DNA of 64,000 nucleotides from Caldilineaceae bacterium (lineage in GTDB: Bacteria; Chloroflexota; Anaerolineae; Caldilineales; Caldilineaceae): assembly GCA_965213595.1 (NCBI GenBank), contig CBDBZO010000002.1:1189577-1253576 (forward strand). The letters are read 5' to 3'. Positions 29,158 through 37,523 of the stretch are shown piece by piece. Made by a program: the position numbers and the translations under genes. A model generated the notes under the pieces. The model was not told the DNA's origin. It searched no databases and saw only the letters and a program-made list of their open reading frames with translations. Numbering within the stretch: the stretch's first letter is position 1; every line of letters begins with the position of its first letter.

Positions 29158-30435
29158 TTAATCCCATCTGGAACTCACGTGAAAATCCTGGCGCAACTCT
29201 CTTGTCAAAGCAGCGGCAGCAGCCTGTGCTCCTGCTTCTTCCAAAGACAAGAGTCCGCCAGTAGCTGAGTTGGATGTAGCCTCATGGACATAGTAACCAC
29301 GATCAAACATAGCAACTGCGTAGTTCATCTTCAACAACGCTGCTGTTACTTCAGAATCCGACTCATATGTGACAACATTTGCAAAACCGAATATATCTTT
29401 GATCAATCCGTTTTCATCTCGCATGACAGAAGCCCTTGCTTCTACCGCTTGAATGGCTTCCCTTTTTGCAATGTGCAATGCCGCTTTGACTTTTATCAAA
29501 ACTTCTTTGCTAGGCTCCACAAGCTTAATTTGTGGTAGTGAATGCAGTGGCAAATCATCTATGCGCAGGTTGAATTTGCTTGAATCTATACCGACTAACT
29601 CTTCCAAAGCGAGCACTTTTGTATCCAGCACCGTCTGCAAGCTGTACTCTCGGCTATAATTGTTGGAACCACTATCATACATTTCTTTCAATTTTTTGAG
29701 AGTTGCATTTGCTTCATGGCTTTTTGTAACGATAATTATCACTTGATGAAAATCACAGATATCATCTTCGAGCCAGATGGGTAATCCAGAGTGATAAAAA
29801 TGCAGACGATGTTGATAAGGCCAGCGCCACTCTCTTTCATGCGTCCAATCGATTGGAGAACTACCCTCCAAATTTGTTGAAACATATCGATACTGCTCGC
29901 GGAGCGCTATACCGCATCTTGCAGCCAACGTCCGAAATCCTTGCCCAAAAAACTTGTCCTCAGCAGATGCCTCGGCAAACTCCGTTGAAAGACCGTAAAT
30001 TACTTGACGGCCTCCATACTTAAACAAATCTCGTCGCGGAACTGCAATTCCGTAAGTGTTTACAGCTTGTCTGTTGTTCCTCATTTTTGCATAGTTTACC
30101 AGGGCATATAGCGGCATTTCTGTAAAACAAACCGCTGCTCTTGGCCCATAGATTGTTGGTCTACTTTTACGAAATGACCAGTTCGCTTTAATGAATCCAT
30201 CAAACAGGATTTTATTCAGAACATCCAACGAATTACTCAAAGGATGCTCATCCTCGTATTCCTGTTCGAGAAAACTATAGTCAGAAAATTTCTTTTGTCC
30301 ACCCTCATCAAACCACAAGGGAATGCGGCCAGCATCATTTTTATATCGTTCTGGTATATCGTCTTCGTTTGGCTCACGTATGAAATGAATGAGCCATTCT
30401 GACAAGTCGATCCGTGAATTTAGTATGTGTTGCAT
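29158..30435 (-). CDS. 425-aa hypothetical protein: AbiGi-like N-terminal domain plus an unknown C-terminal half
   Basis: Motif order WLIHFIR ... AAVCFTEMPLYAL ... TYGIAVPRRDLFKYGGRQVIYG ... THEREWRWP. This resembles the AbiGi/DUF2971 abortive-infection families from memory. AT-rich: spot count 26/60 G+C at 29281-29340. Confidence 0.5.
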   Translation of the reverse strand: MQHILNSRIDLSEWLIHFIREPNEDDIPERYKNDAGRIPLWFDEGGQKKFSDYSFLEQEYEDEHPLSNSLDVLNKILFDGFIKANWSFRKSRPTIYGPRAAVCFTEMPLYALVNYAKMRNNRQAVNTYGIAVPRRDLFKYGGRQVIYGLSTEFAEASAEDKFFGQGFRTLAARCGIALREQYRYVSTNLEGSSPIDWTHEREWRWPYQHRLHFYHSGLPIWLEDDICDFHQVIIIVTKSHEANATLKKLKEMYDSGSNNYSREYSLQTVLDTKVLALEELVGIDSSKFNLRIDDLPLHSLPQIKLVEPSKEVLIKVKAALHIAKREAIQAVEARASVMRDENGLIKDIFGFANVVTYESDSEVTAALLKMNYAVAMFDRGYYVHEATSNSATGGLLSLEEAGAQAAAAALTRELRQDFHVSSRWD

Positions 30436-30490
30436 TTATAGTGCTGTTAGCTTATGAGCCGGTTCTATCTCTGAATTTTAAGTTCGAACT

Positions 30491-32257
30491 CTAAAATCCC
30501 ACCCGCACCCGCGTCGACTCGTCCCCATCGACCAGCTCAAATTGCAAATCGAAATTGAACTCGCCGCTGTTGACCGCCCGGATCGCATCATGCACCTGCA
30601 CGGGCGTTCCCGCGAGGCGACGGCTGAGCTGCACCGGCTGCGTGGTGTGCAGGGTGTCGCCGTCCCAGAAGAGGCTGAGCGGCGCGCTCGTGACGTCGTT
30701 TGCCAGCGGCAGGTCAAGCAGCGCCCACCACGACCACGCGTTGGGGCCTTCGCTCGGCCACGTCGGGTTGAGCCGCAGCTCGCCCTTGCGCCAGCGCAAA
30801 TCGAGCAGCGACCAGAGCGTCTCTCCCGTCAGCGCCGCGCCCGCCCACGGGTCGATAAAGTGCCAGGGCGCGTCGTCCGGCGTGTGCAAGGTCGCCGCGG
30901 CGGGTACACTTTCCTCGTCTGCCGCTTCGCCCCGCTTCTCCATCTCGCAGGCCTCGTTCTCCCAGCGCACGGTGTTGACGCCGTCGCCGCGCCACAGGGC
31001 AAAATCCTGGGCCGCGCGCAGCCCCCGCCCCGCGACCACGGCGTCCGCGGGCGAGAGCCGCTCGCGCAGGCGAATCAGCCATTCGCTGCAGAGCGAGACG
31101 GCCTCGGCGTGGTCGGCGAGCAGCTCGTCGCTGGGGTGGCGACGCAGGTGATTGCGCAGGGCGAGGAGGTAGGCGGCGTTGGTTTGGGGCAGGGCAGGGC
31201 CGGGGTCGCTCGGCTCGTCGCGTCGACGCAGCGGGAATTCTACGGGCACGCGGCCTTCGCTCCGTTGAGCCACGCGGCGCAGGTGAGCCAGCAGGTTGCG
31301 GCTCTCGGTCGGATCGACGAGGTCGAGCGTGGCCACCAGCGCGGGCACGTGGGCGACGTGGCGATCGCTCGGCGCGAGGCCGGTGCGCAGCCGCTGCACG
31401 TGTCGCAGCGCCGTCGCCTTGCTCTGCTGCACGCTGTGGTTGAGCGCCACGTCCGGCGTCCACAGGCGCGAGCGGCGCAGCGTCTCCTCCCAGCGGCTGA
31501 CGCTGCGGTCGTGTTCGCGCTCGCCGTCGCGCAGGGCCAGGAAGCCGCTCCACGCCACCTGCTCGCCCACGTCGCTCACGGTCAACATCAGCGGCACTTC
31601 GATTTCGCCGTTGACCAGCACGTGGTAGACCAGGTGCGCCGTGCTGTTTTCTTCACCGTCCTGCAAATCCAGCGAATCCGGGCGACCGTTGGGGTTGCCA
31701 AAAATGCGCGTGCTCTCGGCGTTGCTCTGCTCGTAGACGCCGCGCGCCGGGCCGGGCTCGCGCTGGGCCAGCAGCAGCCCGTCCACCATGCGCTGGTGCA
31801 GCGGCTCGCCCCAGTCGATATCGACCTCGATGCGGATCACGTGGTCGCCCTCGGCCTGGCAGTCGAGCGACCAGAGCACCGTGCGGTCGTAGTGGCTGTT
31901 GTAGGGCGCCAAAATGCGCTGGCTGATGATGATGCCCTCGCCGCCGCCGCCAAAGTCGCCGATGTTGCCGTAGATATTTTCCTGTGCGCCGGGAAAGTAG
32001 CGCACGGCCAGCGGCACAATCTCCTCCTCGTAGGGCGTGCTCACCGTCAGATCGACGCGGCGGGCGTAGACAGCATCCGTCCACGGCCAGCGCAGGTCGC
32101 GCAGGTTGCCGTCGCGGTCCGCGTGGAAGATCACGTCGTGGTTGGCAATACGGTAGCGCACGTCCGCGGCGAGCGCGTCGTAGTCGACGGTTTGCGGCCG
32201 GTCGAGCACGGGGTCAAGGTCGACGGCAGGGGGTGGGAGGGGAGCGGTGGTGGACAT
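30491..32257 (-). CDS. 588-aa hypothetical protein (possibly a beta-sandwich plus alpha/alpha-toroid glycoside-hydrolase-like fold)
   Basis: Long host-GC ORF with coding-like composition and no motif I can name. Start taken at ATG 32257; the ORF track uses TTG 32260. Confidence 0.6.
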   Translation of the reverse strand: MSTTAPLPPPAVDLDPVLDRPQTVDYDALAADVRYRIANHDVIFHADRDGNLRDLRWPWTDAVYARRVDLTVSTPYEEEIVPLAVRYFPGAQENIYGNIGDFGGGGEGIIISQRILAPYNSHYDRTVLWSLDCQAEGDHVIRIEVDIDWGEPLHQRMVDGLLLAQREPGPARGVYEQSNAESTRIFGNPNGRPDSLDLQDGEENSTAHLVYHVLVNGEIEVPLMLTVSDVGEQVAWSGFLALRDGEREHDRSVSRWEETLRRSRLWTPDVALNHSVQQSKATALRHVQRLRTGLAPSDRHVAHVPALVATLDLVDPTESRNLLAHLRRVAQRSEGRVPVEFPLRRRDEPSDPGPALPQTNAAYLLALRNHLRRHPSDELLADHAEAVSLCSEWLIRLRERLSPADAVVAGRGLRAAQDFALWRGDGVNTVRWENEACEMEKRGEAADEESVPAAATLHTPDDAPWHFIDPWAGAALTGETLWSLLDLRWRKGELRLNPTWPSEGPNAWSWWALLDLPLANDVTSAPLSLFWDGDTLHTTQPVQLSRRLAGTPVQVHDAIRAVNSGEFNFDLQFELVDGDESTRVRVGF

Positions 32258-32292
32258 CAAATAGTTGGTTCGTCGGTCAAAAAAGATGGAAC

Positions 32293-32346
32293 GCGGATTG
32301 GGCGGATTGGGCGGATTGGGCGGATTGGGCGGATGGAGGCGGATTT
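32293..32346. repeat. tandem 9-mer gcggattgg (4 perfect + 2 degenerate copies)
   Basis: Read directly. It lies at the left edge of AT-rich cassette 2. Confidence 0.9.
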
Positions 32347-32356
32347 AGAACCAGCT

Positions 32357-32566
32357 TCAGGCTACCTTTCGTGGTTCTACACCATGCTTTTCGCACATTT
32401 CTATAAAAAATTCGAGTGAGATTTCGCCCTCTCTATGCAGCCTCTCCCACTCAGTAGCGTAAAAGTCGGCCCCGCCGTTCAAGCCAAGAAATTCACCACG
32501 GTACATCTTGATTTCTGGGTCGTACTAGATATTAGCTTGATAGCCGTTAATTTCTATCGTGTTCAT
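32357..32566 (-). pseudogene. HicB-family antitoxin remnant: in-frame TAG at codon 14 and no C-terminal DNA-binding domain
   Basis: My translation is MNTIEINGYQANI*YDPEIKMYRGEFLGLNGGADFYATEWERLHREGEISLEFFIEMCEKHGVEPRKVA*. The pattern (GY..., Y.GE..GL.G...F.A....EL...F...I..FIE.C...G.EP) is that of the HicB N-domain. TAG at 32527..32525. Below the ORF-track size cutoff. Confidence 0.55.
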
Positions 32567-32725
32567 TATATTTCGCTCGTAGGAAATATAGAAGTGTCAT
32601 TTCGACCGTAGGGAGAAATCCGTTCATGGCCGACGAACAAGCCCTGTCGAATTAGCTGCGATGGTTCTTTAACGACCAATAAATTTTTCGCCACGCTTCG
32701 AAATGACAATTTCGCCCACTCTCCA

Positions 32726-32974
32726 TCACGCCGCAATCGGCAACAGCGGCTCGACCCGCCGCTCCGGTCGCTTGCGCGCCAAGTCGTAGACCGTCTGCAA
32801 GTTCATCCAGAATTCGGGCGTCGTCCCCAGCGCCTGCGACAGCCCCCACGCCGTCTGCGGCGTCACGCCGCGCTTGCCGTTGATCAGTTCGTTGACGCGC
32901 TGTGTCGGCACGCCGATGTGCTTGGCGAAGGCGACTTGGGAAAGCTCTATAAGTCTGAGAAATTCTTCCCACAA
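32726..32974 (-). CDS. HigA-family XRE-type HTH protein (antitoxin-like), with no HigB partner
   Basis: ILWEEFLRLIELSQVAFAKHIGVPTQRVNELINGKRGVTPQTAWGLSQALGTTPEFWMNLQTVYDL. A stop lies only 7 codons upstream of the TTG start, so the usual N-terminal approx 10 aa are missing. Confidence 0.75.
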   Translation of the reverse strand: MWEEFLRLIELSQVAFAKHIGVPTQRVNELINGKRGVTPQTAWGLSQALGTTPEFWMNLQTVYDLARKRPERRVEPLLPIAA

Positions 32975-33033
32975 AATTGCACTGGGGGCGAGTCAGGATG
33001 CGGCTTTTGGGAATCATAAGTAGCCTATCATAT

Positions 33034-34302
33034 TTACTGGTCAAAATATTTGGGTCGAGCAAGTACGTACGCATGAAACAAAGAATCTTTAAATCTATAA
33101 TATCGCTCTCTCACCTTCTCAATTTCAGCTCCATAATCTTCCGAACCCAACTGCCCAACATACTGACTGGGATTATCAACACCATACTGATTTATTGCTA
33201 CAGTATAAGCATCAGAAGTATAAATTTCTCCATCCGATCTTTGCGCTCCAGCCATAGCCCTCAATACAGATTCTCGCTGAGGTGAAGCGGATATACATTG
33301 CTTGTATCTTCCCTCTAATACAGGGTCCGCAGCTCGTTCAGCAATACCACGAAGAGTGTCATCAATATCGTCGATTGAGATTTCAAATTCGTTAGATGCA
33401 TATGCGTTATGTAATGCATATTTCCCGAGAAGGTGAACCATGTAAGGATGTCCTTGCGCAAGATTTACGATTCGCTCCTTCGCATTCTGTGTAAACGTGA
33501 TTTCCTTCTCCAAGCTGGCTTCGGCATTCTCAATAATCTCGATGAGTTCCTCATCAAACATTGGATGCAAATGTATAATACTACCAGCAAATAGTCGGTC
33601 TGTAGACTCATGTTCTTTCATCAAGTTCCTAATGTCTTGAGCAACTCCGACAATGCAAAACTTGACATTTGAAACGTTAGTAGCGAGAGATTTCATAATG
33701 GATGCGAATCCACTTGAATCCCTGATTTGATCGAATTCATCTATAACAATAAGAATACCATTTTCTGCCAAGTTTGCTGCTGCCATCGCAGACAACACAT
33801 TAGTAAAAACTGTATTAATGCTATGTGCAGAAATCGATGACTTGAAATCATCAGTTGACCCTGAGCTATATGCTACAGATAAAAGCTTTGCATCAACCTT
33901 CGGGTCCAAAGATTCTATTTCTCTGCGCGCAGCTGGAATATCATATATCCAGTCAGAAAGACAATCTCGTTTCGTTAACAATCTCTCTAACAATTCCTGG
34001 CAGTTGGAAACTGAGTTATCACACGCATAGTACATAGAAAGGAAGTCTAGTCTATCTTCATATGGCAACCCGAGTTTGTTAAGTAGCTCGTTATCTCCGT
34101 TTGCCAAATTAACTATCTGACGCGCAAGTGATGTCTTCCCAATGCCCCGATTGCCAATGATTGCGATATTGGTTCCACTTGAATGCAGCGCAAAATATGC
34201 GTTGTTTACTTCATCTACGCGACCAGCAAAACGGTCTGCGTTATCTATTTCTTTAGATGGCAGAAATGCATTCTCAATATCGGAAACCGTTAAACGTTTC
34301 AT
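33034..34302 (-). CDS. Orc1/Cdc6-like (AAA_16 / archaeal-ATPase type) P-loop NTPase with a C-terminal winged-helix-like region
   Basis: FAGRVDEVNNAYFAL...IAIIGNRGIGKTSLARQI (Walker A), ILIVIDEFDQI (Walker B), C-terminal ...YYRFKDSLFHAYVLAR. Start at ATG 34302 after SD ggagaaagg. Spot count 23/60 G+C at 33601-33660. Confidence 0.65.
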   Translation of the reverse strand: MKRLTVSDIENAFLPSKEIDNADRFAGRVDEVNNAYFALHSSGTNIAIIGNRGIGKTSLARQIVNLANGDNELLNKLGLPYEDRLDFLSMYYACDNSVSNCQELLERLLTKRDCLSDWIYDIPAARREIESLDPKVDAKLLSVAYSSGSTDDFKSSISAHSINTVFTNVLSAMAAANLAENGILIVIDEFDQIRDSSGFASIMKSLATNVSNVKFCIVGVAQDIRNLMKEHESTDRLFAGSIIHLHPMFDEELIEIIENAEASLEKEITFTQNAKERIVNLAQGHPYMVHLLGKYALHNAYASNEFEISIDDIDDTLRGIAERAADPVLEGRYKQCISASPQRESVLRAMAGAQRSDGEIYTSDAYTVAINQYGVDNPSQYVGQLGSEDYGAEIEKVRERYYRFKDSLFHAYVLARPKYFDQ

Positions 34303-34309
34303 CAAATGT

Positions 34310-34558
34310 TTACCTTTCTCCAAAAATTTCAGTATGATGCAAGAGTGGCTCAATAGCTAAATCTTCGTCAATTAACGGCCAGTGTATTTCATAACCAGAA
34401 GGGGAAATCTTGATATATTTACGCTCGTCTGTGGACGCCTGTGCGAGCCGCTGCGAGCATTCTTGCCACGGAATGCGGTACTTTTGTCCATCAACGGAAA
34501 GCATCAAAAACTCACCCGCTGTCGTCAAAACGGCAACGTCATGATGTTTTCTGCGCAT
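34310..34558 (-). CDS. DUF2442 domain protein
   Basis: LMLSVDGQKYRIPW...IKISPSGYEIHWPLIDEDLAIEPLL is the DUF2442 signature as I remember it. SD aaggag. No DUF4160 partner is present. Confidence 0.7.
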   Translation of the reverse strand: MRRKHHDVAVLTTAGEFLMLSVDGQKYRIPWQECSQRLAQASTDERKYIKISPSGYEIHWPLIDEDLAIEPLLHHTEIFGER

Positions 34559-34569
34559 CCTCTACTCCT

Positions 34570-34692
34570 TCACCCCGCCATCAATAGACCCAACCGCTCC
34601 CGCGTCGCCTCTTCTCGACCGACGATGTCGATAATCTGTCCATTATACATCACCGCGATCCGATCTGAAAGGGCGAAGATTTTGTCCAGCAT
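34570..34692 (-). pseudogene. orphan 3' fragment of an ABC-transporter ATPase gene
   Basis: (M)LDKIFALSDRIAVMYNGQIIDIVGREEATRERLGLLMAG* parallels the C-terminus of the resident ATPase at 35931 (ELDEILALADRIAVMYGGTIIDIVPRAEATREKLGLLMAGVKEQ*). Its codon usage is visibly more AT-rich. Confidence 0.7.
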
Positions 34693-34695
34693 CGC

Positions 34696-34746
34696 AAAAA
34701 AACAGGCGAGCAGAGTCAATCAATGTGCTCTGCTCGCTTGCTTTTT
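34696..34746 (-). terminator. bidirectional intrinsic terminator
   Basis: 13-bp stem caggcgagcagag/ctctgctcgcttg, flanked by aaaaaaa on one side and cttttt on the other. On the minus strand it follows the 34786..35568 gene. Confidence 0.7.
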
Positions 34747-34785
34747 CTGCTGTAACTGCATTGACGCAGCCGCCAAGCTGCTCGC

Positions 34786-35568
34786 CTACTCGAAGAGGTT
34801 GCCAAACTGACCCAGCACCGAGCCTTCGCCCTGGGATCGACCGCCGGGGGCCGCGGCGCGCATCACGCGCTCGGCCATGCGCGAGAAGGGCAGCGACTGG
34901 AGCCAAACGCGACCGGTGCCGCGCAGCGTGGTGAGGAAGAGCCCCTCGCCGCCGAAGACCATCGATTTGAGATTGCCCGCGCGCTCGATGCTGTAGTCGA
35001 TGGACTCCTCGAAGGCGACGAGACAGCCCGTATCGAGCATGAGCTTTTCGTTGTTGAGCCGCCGCTCGACCACCGTGCCGCCCGCCTGCACAAAGGCCAT
35101 GCCGTCGCCCTGGAGCTTCTGCAGGATAAAGCCTTCGCCGCCGAAGAAGCCCGCGCCCAGCCGCTGGTTGAAGGCAATGGTAACGCGCGTACCCAGCGCG
35201 GCGGCCAGGAAGGCATCCTTCTGGCAGAGCAGCGTGCCGCCGACCGAGGTCAGGTCGATGGGCGTGATCTTGCCGGGGTAGGGCGCGGCAAAGGCGACGC
35301 GCTTTTTGCCGCCGCCATGATTGGTGAAGTGGGTCATAAAGAGCGATTCGCCCGTCAGCGCGCGTTTGCCCACTCCGATCAGCTTGTCCATAAAGCCCGA
35401 AGAGGGATTCGAGCCGTCGCCCATCTTGGTCTCGAAGACGATGCCGTCCTCCATAAACATCATCATCCCCGCCTCGGCGATCACCGTCTCGCGCGGATCC
35501 AGCTCGACTTCAACGAACTGCATGTCATCGCCGCGAATTTCATAGTCAACTTCGTGACTGCGTTGCAT
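34786..35568 (-). CDS. AIM24/TIGR00266-family (DUF124) protein
   Basis: [19 protein letters not shown]...[11 protein letters not shown]...[22 protein letters not shown]...[24 protein letters not shown]. Confidence 0.8.
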   Translation of the reverse strand: MQRSHEVDYEIRGDDMQFVEVELDPRETVIAEAGMMMFMEDGIVFETKMGDGSNPSSGFMDKLIGVGKRALTGESLFMTHFTNHGGGKKRVAFAAPYPGKITPIDLTSVGGTLLCQKDAFLAAALGTRVTIAFNQRLGAGFFGGEGFILQKLQGDGMAFVQAGGTVVERRLNNEKLMLDTGCLVAFEESIDYSIERAGNLKSMVFGGEGLFLTTLRGTGRVWLQSLPFSRMAERVMRAAAPGGRSQGEGSVLGQFGNLFE

Positions 35569-35744
35569 GATATAACCTCCAAGTTTCCAGTTGCCGATTC
35601 TAGAGTCGGTTTCTACTGTTTAGGACGTGCAAAGATGCGATACGTGAGAAGGCGCGTTGAGGTTGCGTTTTTACGCACTCATGCGTATCAAGTTAAGGTT
35701 ATGGAAACGGGTGAAAGACGCTCTACCCCGGTAGATTGCCTTTT

Positions 35745-35842
35745 CACCCCCTCCCAGCCTCCCCCAATTTGGGGGAGGAGCCGATGCTTCGTCTACCTAA
35801 TTGCAGCTCCCTCCCCAAATTGGGGAGGGGTGGGGAGGGGTT
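35745..35842. repeat. REP-like palindromes (cctcccccaatttgggggagg; ctccctccccaaattggggagggg)
   Basis: Read directly. Confidence 0.7.
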
Positions 35843-35930
35843 CTGAGGCAATCTGCCCACCCAAGTTCATCTTTTCGCGCTTAGCTTGATACCTATGAGG
35901 TTGCGTTTTCACGTCCTGCCCATTCACGGC

Positions 35931-37523
35931 TCACTGTTCCTTTACGCCGGCCATCAACAATCCCAGCTTTTCCCGCGTGGCTTCGGCACGCGGCACGATG
36001 TCGATGATGGTGCCGCCGTACATGACGGCAATGCGGTCGGCCAGGGCCAAGATTTCGTCCAGCTCGGCGCTGACGACGAGCACGGCGACGCCTTCGTCGC
36101 GCTTGGCGACGATTTGGCTGTGAATGAACTCGATGGAGCCGACGTCGATGCCGCGGGTGGGCTGGGCGGTGACGAGCAGCTTGAGCGGGCGGCTAAATTC
36201 CCTCGCCACAACCATCTTCTGCTGGTTGCCGCCGCTCAGGCTGCCCGCCGGCGTGCGGACGCTCGGCGTGCGCACGTCGAACTGCTCGACCAACTCGCGG
36301 GCGTGCTCGCGGATCGCGCGCTGGTCGACCGTCGCGCCGCGCGAGAAGGGACGCTGGTAATAGGTGTTGAGCACCATATTCTGCGCCACCGGGTAGGCGC
36401 TGACCATGCCGTAGGCGTGGCGATCCTCCGGCACGTGCGAGACCTGGCCCGCCTCGGTGATCTTGCGCGGCGAGGCGTTCGTCACGTCGACGCCGTCGAT
36501 GGCGACCGTGCCCGCATCGGCGTGGCGTAAGCCCGTCAGCACCTCGACCAGCTCGGTCTGGCCGTTGCCCTGCACGCCCGCCACGCCGACAATTTCGCCC
36601 GCGCGCACGTCAAGCGTCACGCCGCGTAACGCCGGTTCGCCCAGGTCGTCCTTCGCGGCCAAATCGCGAATTTCGAGGATGGCGCGTTCGGGTGCAGCGG
36701 CCTCCTTGTCGACGGTCAGCAGCACGTCGCGGCCCACCATGAGCGAGGCCAAATCGCCTTCGCTGGCCGTCTTGGGGTCGGCCTCGCCCACCAGTTTACC
36801 GCCGCGCAGCACGGCCACGCGGTCCGCAATGCGCAGCACCTCCTTGAGCTTGTGGGTGATAAAGATGATCGACTTGCCCTGCTCGCGCAGCCGCCCCATG
36901 ACCTCGAACAGCCCGTCGATTTCCTGCGGCGTGAGCACGGCCGTCGGCTCGTCCAGAATCAGAATGTCGGCGTTGCGATAGAGCGCCTTCACAATCTCGA
37001 CCCGCTGGCGTGCGCCCACGGGCAAATCCTCGATCACGGCGTGGGGATTCACGTCCAGGCCATAGCGCTGCGAAAGCTCGCTGATGCGGTTGGCGACGGT
37101 GCGCCGGTCGAGAAAGCCACCCTTCAGCGTCTCGCTGCCGAGCATGATGTTCTCGGCCACCGTCATCACCGGCACGAGCTGGAAGTGCTGATGCACCATG
37201 CCGATGCCCAGGTCGATGGCGTCGCGCGGCGAGTTCATCTTGACGACGTTGCCATTCACAAGCACCTCGCCCTCGCTCGGATGATAGAGCCCGTAGACGA
37301 CGTTCATCAGCGTCGACTTGCCCGCGCCATTTTCGCCCAGCAGCGCGAGGATTTCGCCGCGGTGCAGCGTGAGGTTGACATCCTCGTTGGCGATGACGCC
37401 GGGGAAGCGCTTGGTGATGTGTCGGGTTTCGAGGACGGGAGGGGTGGGTGAGGTCACGGTGGGTTTGGGAAGGAAAGATGAAAGATTAAAGATTGAATGC
37501 CAATGGTTTAGGGTAAAATTCAC
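35931..37523 (-). CDS. ABC transporter ATP-binding protein, duplicated ATPase (BMP/sugar-type, RbsA-like)
   Basis: Two cassettes: GENGAGKSTLMN...LSGGNQQK-type signature ...LILDEPT. An alternative GTG start at 37457 would remove the 38-nt overlap with the upstream gene. Confidence 0.9.
   Translation of the reverse strand: MNFTLNHWHSIFNLSSFLPKPTVTSPTPPVLETRHITKRFPGVIANEDVNLTLHRGEILALLGENGAGKSTLMNVVYGLYHPSEGEVLVNGNVVKMNSPRDAIDLGIGMVHQHFQLVPVMTVAENIMLGSETLKGGFLDRRTVANRISELSQRYGLDVNPHAVIEDLPVGARQRVEIVKALYRNADILILDEPTAVLTPQEIDGLFEVMGRLREQGKSIIFITHKLKEVLRIADRVAVLRGGKLVGEADPKTASEGDLASLMVGRDVLLTVDKEAAAPERAILEIRDLAAKDDLGEPALRGVTLDVRAGEIVGVAGVQGNGQTELVEVLTGLRHADAGTVAIDGVDVTNASPRKITEAGQVSHVPEDRHAYGMVSAYPVAQNMVLNTYYQRPFSRGATVDQRAIREHARELVEQFDVRTPSVRTPAGSLSGGNQQKMVVAREFSRPLKLLVTAQPTRGIDVGSIEFIHSQIVAKRDEGVAVLVVSAELDEILALADRIAVMYGGTIIDIVPRAEATREKLGLLMAGVKEQ

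Noticed and set aside
32293-32346. Possible CRISPR array or type III toxin-antitoxin RNA repeat (gcggattgg tandem). The 7-mer array at 26496-26530 raised the same question.
   Set aside because: The units are only 7-9 nt and directly abutting, with no spacers. No cas genes or ToxN-like gene are adjacent. These are simple tandem repeats belonging to the hairpin-repeat phenomenon.
28490-34700. Calling the whole 6.2-kb stretch a prophage or an integrative element.
   Set aside because: No integrase, transposase, tRNA att site or phage structural gene is visible in the window. The central 589-aa gene has host-like GC. I therefore describe two cassettes rather than a defined mobile element.
37457-37523. 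38-nt overlap between the transglutaminase-like gene and the ABC ATPase, considered as evidence of a fused or recoded gene.
   Set aside because: It is more simply explained by an internal GTG start (37457) for the ATPase. The N-terminal 22 codons of the long form have no ABC-family similarity.
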